This document shows, piece by piece, positions 58,650-64,000 of a stretch of DNA of 64,000 bases; the stretch's first letter is position 1, and every line of letters starts with the position of its first letter. The DNA is from Blastocatellia bacterium (GTDB taxonomy: Bacteria > Acidobacteriota > Blastocatellia > UBA7656). The notes below the pieces were generated by a model. The model was given only the letters and a program-made list of their open reading frames with translations. It was not told where the DNA came from and did no database searches. The DNA lies in NCBI GenBank assembly GCA_963765495.1, contig CAVXWP010000006.1, positions 96,001-160,000 of the forward strand, written 5' to 3'. The translations under genes were made by a program, and so were the position numbers.

Positions 58650-60974
58650 ATGACTGAAAGCCTCAGAAACTCTCTCGTACGTCTGCGTCCGGGCAATGAT
58701 GTTCTTTGCGTCAGCCAGAGCCGCACGGTCTTTGTCACCGAACGCGATGGCTTTATCGACGACGGAGAAGACCATGGATTGTTCGTGCATCAAACCCGTC
58801 TCCTTTCCAGGTATCGCTATCTGATAGACGGGAATCCGCCTCAGCCGGTCGCGCTTTCGAACGTCGAGCAGCATTCGTGGCTCGGGTATTACATAGCCTT
58901 GCCGCCCAAAATCGAATTGATGGAGGAGGATGAAGGCAGCGGTCAGATGAAGGCCGTTTCGGAACAGACGCTCGAATTGCGAGTCTCTCGCCTGGTTGGC
59001 GAGGGCGTCCACGAAGACATAGACCTGACCAACTTCAGCAGGCAGCCGACAACATTTCGGCTCGAAGTTGAAGCGGACGCGGATTTCCGGGACCAGATCG
59101 AAACAGGAGGCGAACGAAAACAGCACGGCACAATCACGCGGGCGTGGAAGAGCGCAGATATTGGCGTGTGGGAACTCGCCTTCGATTATGAAGCGGAGCA
59201 TCATTACAGTCATCAAGGAAACGAGGGCGTAGAGCGAATTCATCGTGGCCTCACGCTTCGCATAGAGCATGCCGATACGGTTCCTTTATACGAAAACGGG
59301 CGACTCAGCTTTCGCATACATCTTCCTCCGCTAGGCAGGTGGCATACCTGTATCAAGCTGATTCCCTTCATCGACGGCAAATTCATGCCGCCGCTTTACG
59401 GATGCCACGCCTTTGGCGGCACGCATAACGAGTATGACAGGCGTCGTAATATCTTCCTCGACGAAGCGACCATCTTTTCTACGCCCGCAAGCAACACGCT
59501 CGCAGGCGTTGTGATTGGCGCGCTCGAACAGGGGAAACGCGACCTGGCGGCGCTCCGGCTCTATGATCTCGATGTAGCGGAGCGCGAATGGATAATGGCG
59601 GCCGGGCTTCCGATCTATATCGCGCTCTTTGGCAGAGATGTGCTGACCGCTTCATGGCAATCGTCTACCGTGGGCACAGAGATGATGCGAGGCGCGCTCA
59701 GGGAGCTTGCCCTGTGGCAGGGTGATGAAATCAATGACTGGCGCGACGAGCAACCGGGTCGCATGCTCCACGAGGCGCATACCGGCCCGCTCGCCGTGCT
59801 GAATTACAATCCTCGCCGCCGCTACTATGGCTCGAATACTTCGGCATCCTTTTATCCCGTAGCCGTTTCGGAACTGTGGCACTGGACGGGCGACCGGGAT
59901 TTGATAGGCCCGCTAATCGAACCCGCGCTCAAGGCGCTTCGCTGGCTGGACGAATACGGTGATATCGACGGCGATGGTTTCTCCGAGTACAAGACGCGCT
60001 CCGAGCAGGGCGTCAAGCATCAGGGGTGGAAAGACTCGCCCGATGCCATAGTGTATGAAGACGGGCGACAGGTCGAACCGCCTCTGGGCACTTGCGAGGA
60101 GCAGGCATTCAAGTACGGGGCAAAATTCCGAATGTCGGAAGTCCTCTGGTGGATGGGCGACAGGGACGAGGCCCTACGGCTCTACAGAGAGGCCGCCGAA
60201 CTCAAGAAGCGATTCAACGAAACGTTCTGGATGGAAGATGAAGGATTCTTTGCAATGGGGCTTGACTGTGAAAACCGGCAGATCAAATCGATAGGCTCGA
60301 ATCCCGGCCATTGCCTGGCAGCAGCCATCGTGGACGAGTCGCTTGTCGAGAAGACGGCCGACCGATTGATGAAAGAAGACCTGTTTACAGGGTGGGGAAT
60401 AAGGACGCTCTCATCCAGACATCCGGCATTCAATCCATACAGCTATCACAGGGGTTCGGTGTGGCCGGTCGAGCAGGGGACGTTCGCGCTCGGATTTGCT
60501 CGGTATGGTCTGTATGAGCATCTGGAAAAGATATGCCGGGCGCAGTTTGAGGCCGCTGCCCTGTTTGATTTTCTCCGCCTGCCGGAACTCTTCAGCGGCC
60601 ATCAAAGAGACCGCGAGCATCCGTTCCCGGCCTTCTATCCGCAGGCCAACTCTCCACAGGCATGGTCGGCCTCGACGGTCTTCTGCCTGCTGCAAGCAAT
60701 GTTGAGCCTCTACCCTTACGCGCCGTTGAATATGCTGCTGGTCGATCCCCGCCTGCCGGAATGGCTGCCTGAGATCACGCTTCGCAATCTGCGGGTCGGA
60801 GATGCGGTCACAACTATTCGTTTCTATCGCAAGGAAGAGGGAACGAGCGATTACGAAATTTTAGACAAGCGCGGGTCGTTGCACGTACTCAGGCAACCAA
60901 GCCCGTGGTCATTGACGGCGAGCTTTGCCGAGCGCGCACGCGATGCGCTCGCAAGCCTGCTGCCGGGGAGATGA
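58650..60974 (+). CDS. Amylo-alpha-1,6-glucosidase / glycogen debranching family protein
   Basis: AAGLP..LFGRD, QGWKDS, YHRGSVWP, LPELF, PQAWS. Confidence 0.9.
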   Translation: MTESLRNSLVRLRPGNDVLCVSQSRTVFVTERDGFIDDGEDHGLFVHQTRLLSRYRYLIDGNPPQPVALSNVEQHSWLGYYIALPPKIELMEEDEGSGQMKAVSEQTLELRVSRLVGEGVHEDIDLTNFSRQPTTFRLEVEADADFRDQIETGGERKQHGTITRAWKSADIGVWELAFDYEAEHHYSHQGNEGVERIHRGLTLRIEHADTVPLYENGRLSFRIHLPPLGRWHTCIKLIPFIDGKFMPPLYGCHAFGGTHNEYDRRRNIFLDEATIFSTPASNTLAGVVIGALEQGKRDLAALRLYDLDVAEREWIMAAGLPIYIALFGRDVLTASWQSSTVGTEMMRGALRELALWQGDEINDWRDEQPGRMLHEAHTGPLAVLNYNPRRRYYGSNTSASFYPVAVSELWHWTGDRDLIGPLIEPALKALRWLDEYGDIDGDGFSEYKTRSEQGVKHQGWKDSPDAIVYEDGRQVEPPLGTCEEQAFKYGAKFRMSEVLWWMGDRDEALRLYREAAELKKRFNETFWMEDEGFFAMGLDCENRQIKSIGSNPGHCLAAAIVDESLVEKTADRLMKEDLFTGWGIRTLSSRHPAFNPYSYHRGSVWPVEQGTFALGFARYGLYEHLEKICRAQFEAAALFDFLRLPELFSGHQRDREHPFPAFYPQANSPQAWSASTVFCLLQAMLSLYPYAPLNMLLVDPRLPEWLPEITLRNLRVGDAVTTIRFYRKEEGTSDYEILDKRGSLHVLRQPSPWSLTASFAERARDALASLLPGR

Positions 60975-61024
60975 AAATTGTAAACGTCAACTCATAACAA
61001 TTCATAAAGGGAGGGAAATGGAAC

Positions 61025-62077
61025 ATGAACTATTCAGATAAATCAGAAGTGGTTGTCGTAACCGGAGCGTCCGCAGGAGTCGGACGCGCAACGGTGAGGG
61101 CATTTGCAAAAGAGGGAGCCCGCATTGGGCTCGTCGCGCGCGGGCGCGAGGGTCTGGAAGGTGCGCGCAGGGAAGTCGAAGAGCTTGGAGGCAAGGCGCT
61201 CGTACTGCCTACTGACGTATCGGACGCCGCTCAGGTAGAGGCCGCCGCCCAGATGGTCGAAGAAGAATTCGGCCCAATCGACACGTGGGTCAACAATGCT
61301 ATGGTGTCGGTCTTTTCGCCTATAAAAGAGATGACCGCCGAGGAATTTAAACGCGTAACTGATGTTACGTATCTGGGCGTAGTCTATGGGACGCTCTCCG
61401 CCTTGCGGCGCATGCTCCCGCGCGACCGGGGGGTGATCATTCAGGTAGGCTCTGCGCTCGCCTATCGGGGCATACCACTGCAAGCGGCCTATTGCGGCGC
61501 AAAGCACGCCATTCAGGGGTTCGTCGATTCGTTGCGCACGGAGTTGCTTCACGACAACAGCCGGGTGAGAGTGACTATGGTGCAGATGCCCGCGCTCAAC
61601 ACGCCGCAATTCGGATGGGTCAAGTCGCGCCTCCCCAACAAGGCTCAGCCGGTCCCGCCTATTTTTCAGCCGGAAGTCGCAGCCGAAGCCATTCTTTATG
61701 CCGCTCATAATGACCGGCGCGAAATGTATATAGGCGTGCCCACGGTGAAGGCAGTCGTAGGCAACAAGATTGCGCCGGGATTTGCCGATCATGTGCTTGC
61801 AAGAAACGGCTATGAGTCTCAGCAAACCGACGAGCCGGAAGACCCGAACCGCCCCGATAATCTGTGGGAGCCGGTTCCGGGCGATCACGGGGCGCACGGC
61901 GATTTCGACACGCGAGCGCGCGAATGGAGTCCGCAACTCTGGGCCAGCACCCATCGCAATTTGCTGGCACTTGCAGGCGCGGGGCTTGCGGGTGCGGCTC
62001 TTGCAGTTTTCAAGAGTCTGAACGGCAACGGCAGGAAGAAAGGATTCGAACGCCTGCTCTCTTCGATCACAGGTTAA
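61025..62077 (+). CDS. SDR family oxidoreductase
   Basis: TGASAGVG, VNNA, YCGAKH, C-terminal DNLWEP..GAHG. Confidence 0.93.
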   Translation: MNYSDKSEVVVVTGASAGVGRATVRAFAKEGARIGLVARGREGLEGARREVEELGGKALVLPTDVSDAAQVEAAAQMVEEEFGPIDTWVNNAMVSVFSPIKEMTAEEFKRVTDVTYLGVVYGTLSALRRMLPRDRGVIIQVGSALAYRGIPLQAAYCGAKHAIQGFVDSLRTELLHDNSRVRVTMVQMPALNTPQFGWVKSRLPNKAQPVPPIFQPEVAAEAILYAAHNDRREMYIGVPTVKAVVGNKIAPGFADHVLARNGYESQQTDEPEDPNRPDNLWEPVPGDHGAHGDFDTRAREWSPQLWASTHRNLLALAGAGLAGAALAVFKSLNGNGRKKGFERLLSSITG

Positions 62078-62216
62078 ACGGCAAATTACCGTCCTCATTT
62101 TCTGGCACACCGATTGAACTATATTAACCGTTCGGTCTGACGCCGAAAGACTGACTCGTTTCAGTGCGAGAAAGGGTCTGGAAGGCGCTCAGACTGTTCG
62201 GAAGGAGTATAGAAAC

Positions 62217-62594
62217 ATGACGGCGATCATTTCCAGAGATGAACTGAAAGAGAAGATAGACCGACGAGACAATTTTATTCTCGTCGAGACGCTTCCCGCG
62301 CAAACATACTTTCACGCGCACTTGCCCGGAGCGATAAATCTGCCTCCCGACAGGGTAAAGGAACTGGCTACGCAGGTTTTGCCCGACAAAGACGCCGAGA
62401 TCATAGTCTATTGCGCGAGTCCTAGCTGACACGCTTCGGAAAACGCCGCCCGTGAACTGGCGGATATGGGCTACCGAAACGTAAAGGATTATGCAGGAGG
62501 CAAGCAGGATTGGATAGATGCGGGGCTGCCGCTCGAAAGCCATCATCAACACGCTCACCACGCGAAGAGCAAAGAACAGAGAGCAAAGGGCTAA
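62217..62594 (+). CDS. Rhodanese-like protein with in-frame UGA (putative selenocysteine), 125 aa
   Basis: HLPGAIN, IIVYCASPS-UGA-HASENAARELADMGYRNVKDYAGGKQDW; domain completes only with read-through of 62427-62429. Confidence 0.8.
62446..62463 (+). promoter_or_regulatory. Candidate bacterial SECIS hairpin
   Basis: CCGCC-CGUGAACU-GGCGG stem-loop starting 16 nt after the UGA. Confidence 0.45.
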
Positions 62595-62655
62595 GAGCAG
62601 AAAGTTGTGTGTTCTTGGCCCTTACCATCTTGCCCTTAGCCCTTGTGCTTTGCCC
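62565..62655. repeat. Heptamer palindrome, AGAGCAA family
   Basis: AGAGCAAAGAACAGAGAGCAAAGGGCTAAGAGCAG ... TTGCCCTTAGCCCTTGTGCTTTGCCCT. Confidence 0.65.
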
Positions 62656-62670
62656 TGAAAAGGAGACCTT

Positions 62671-63570
62671 ATGGCCTTCACGGAAGAGAATACCGTTGTC
62701 GTTAAAGACAAGATAGAGGAAGTAGAGCCTGAGACTACCCCCAAGCCCGCAAGCGAAGGCCCTGCTGTCGGCACGCGATTTACGGCCGATGAGATTTACG
62801 AGAACGTGCGTGTGGCCGCCGAAGAAGAGTTGCGGCGTCCGGCGGCGGCGCTATTCTGGTCAGCCATCGCGGCGGGTTTGATAATCGGTTTTAGCTTTTT
62901 TGCCGGAGCATATCTGGCCATGCTCGTGCCAGAGCATCTGGCGCACGCGGCGGCGGCCGCAGGTTATCCGCTCGGATTTATATTTGTGGTGCTGGCTCGC
63001 AATCAGCTTTTTACCGAAAACACACTTGAGCCGATAATACCTCTGCTCAATAAGCCCACGTGGAAAACCGTGCGGCAGTTGCTCTCATTGTGGGCAGTCG
63101 TGCTGGTAGGAAATCTGATCGGCGCTCTTATATTCGCCTGGGTTGCGGCGCGCACGCCGATGGTTGGTCCCGACCTCCGGCGCGCTCTTGAGCATCTGGC
63201 CGAGAGCGCAACATCGGGAGGCTTTATGGATACGGCTTATCGGTCCATCTTTGCGGGATGGTTGATAGCCCTTATGGCGTGGCTTGTTGCGTCTACGCGA
63301 TCGACAGGCGCGCAGGTTCTCCTGATATGGCTCACGACCGCCTCCATTTCCGCCTTCGGATTCCGGCATTCGATAGCCGGTTCGGTGGAAGCGTTTTTCA
63401 GAACGATAACCGGAACCGCCGCGTGGGGCGATATGATATTCGGGTTTCTGATACCGGCTGTGATCGGCAACATAATCGGCGGCGTGATCCTGGTCGCCCT
63501 GCTCAATCACGGACAGGTCCACGCCGGGCGCGCGGCAAAAGTTCTTGCGGGAACCTACGAGGACAATTGA
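62671..63570 (+). CDS. Formate/nitrite transporter family (YfdC-like)
   Basis: GYPLGF..QLFTENT, AGWLIALM, HSIAGSVE, GNIIGG. Confidence 0.9.
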   Translation: MAFTEENTVVVKDKIEEVEPETTPKPASEGPAVGTRFTADEIYENVRVAAEEELRRPAAALFWSAIAAGLIIGFSFFAGAYLAMLVPEHLAHAAAAAGYPLGFIFVVLARNQLFTENTLEPIIPLLNKPTWKTVRQLLSLWAVVLVGNLIGALIFAWVAARTPMVGPDLRRALEHLAESATSGGFMDTAYRSIFAGWLIALMAWLVASTRSTGAQVLLIWLTTASISAFGFRHSIAGSVEAFFRTITGTAAWGDMIFGFLIPAVIGNIIGGVILVALLNHGQVHAGRAAKVLAGTYEDN

Positions 63571-63573
63571 TTC

Positions 63574-63618
63574 TGATGCGTGATACGCATCGCGTATCAC
63601 GCATCACTCTTCACGCAT
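63574..63618. repeat. Heptamer palindrome, CGTGATG family
   Basis: Perfect hairpin TGATGCGTGATACGC-ATC-GCGTATCACGCATCA between convergent genes. Confidence 0.8.
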
Positions 63619-63621
63619 AAT

Positions 63622-64000
63622 CTATTTTTGACCCGAAGGGATACGGCTCGCGTGCGCGGCTACGATTTGCCAGCGCCCGTCTCGCTTGAGCCATACGTAA
63701 GTCAGACGGTATTCTCCGCTTGCATCCTGCCCGCGAAATGTCGCCTTGCCCGTTTCGCGCAGAGTCGTGATAGCCGTATCTGCGAAGACGCGAGTCTTTA
63801 CATCACTGTATTGGAATTTTTCTGCCTTAAAATCCGGGAGGGCGGCCAGCAATTCGGGTTTCGTGAAGACAAGCCCGTCGGCGCTGGTCTCGGAAAAATC
63901 ATCTGCCAGGATGCGGTCAATGATCTTCCCGTCTTGTTGTCTTGTGGCCGTGGCCAGTTCGTCAAGCGTCGCGGCCAGTTCTTTTTCGACCGCGCCTGTG
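63622..64000 (-). CDS. NTF2-like/DUF4440 protein (5' end outside window)
   Basis: RILADDF..DG..TK, VKTRVFADTA, YRLTYVWLKRDGRWQIVAAHAS. Confidence 0.8.
   Translation of the reverse strand, partial: TGAVEKELAATLDELATATRQQDGKIIDRILADDFSETSADGLVFTKPELLAALPDFKAEKFQYSDVKTRVFADTAITTLRETGKATFRGQDASGEYRLTYVWLKRDGRWQIVAAHASRIPSGQK

Noticed and set aside
61043-62110. 355-aa antisense ORF
   Set aside because: Shadow of the SDR gene; no motifs; typical of GC-biased codon usage.
62217-62429. Rhodanese as a 70-aa gene or pseudogene
   Set aside because: The downstream frame is intact and the stop falls at a plausible Cys-equivalent site, so Sec read-through is preferred, though not proven.

Overview
This looks like a chromosomal window from an Acidobacteriota genome (probably Blastocatellia-like), inferred from the Oar-type TonB-dependent receptor, acidobacterial VWA protein and TPR/CRTAC1/multiheme cluster. 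No rRNA, tRNA, CRISPR array or transposase gene was seen. About 4.3-33.6 kb is a xylose/glycoside utilisation region: xylA, xylB, GH3, GH31, a secreted TIM-barrel isomerase/lyase, a membrane-anchored regulator, a TBDR, TPR proteins, a 7-heme cytochrome and a CRTAC1 protein. It is bracketed by two paralogous modules of GMC flavoprotein plus an uncharacterised partner. The right half has two distinct sdhCAB operons flanking a hybrid kinase and a coupled nucleotidyltransferase-like/EEP gene pair. It also carries radC, an AidB-like dehydrogenase and a VKOR-DUF1440-debranching enzyme-SDR-rhodanese-FNT cluster. Main signals: (1) a rhodanese interrupted by an in-frame UGA at a CxxxxU position followed by a SECIS-like hairpin, a candidate selenoprotein; (2) the same GTAG-type REP palindrome carried by two MITEs with different ends, one inserted in the stop codon of a tonB-like gene and one with a perfect 10-bp target duplication; (3) the GMC + novel partner (+ cytochrome c) modules; (4) the NTase-EEP pair; (5) many 7-9-nt periodic palindromes at gene ends. 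All family assignments are from motif recognition by eye, not database searches.
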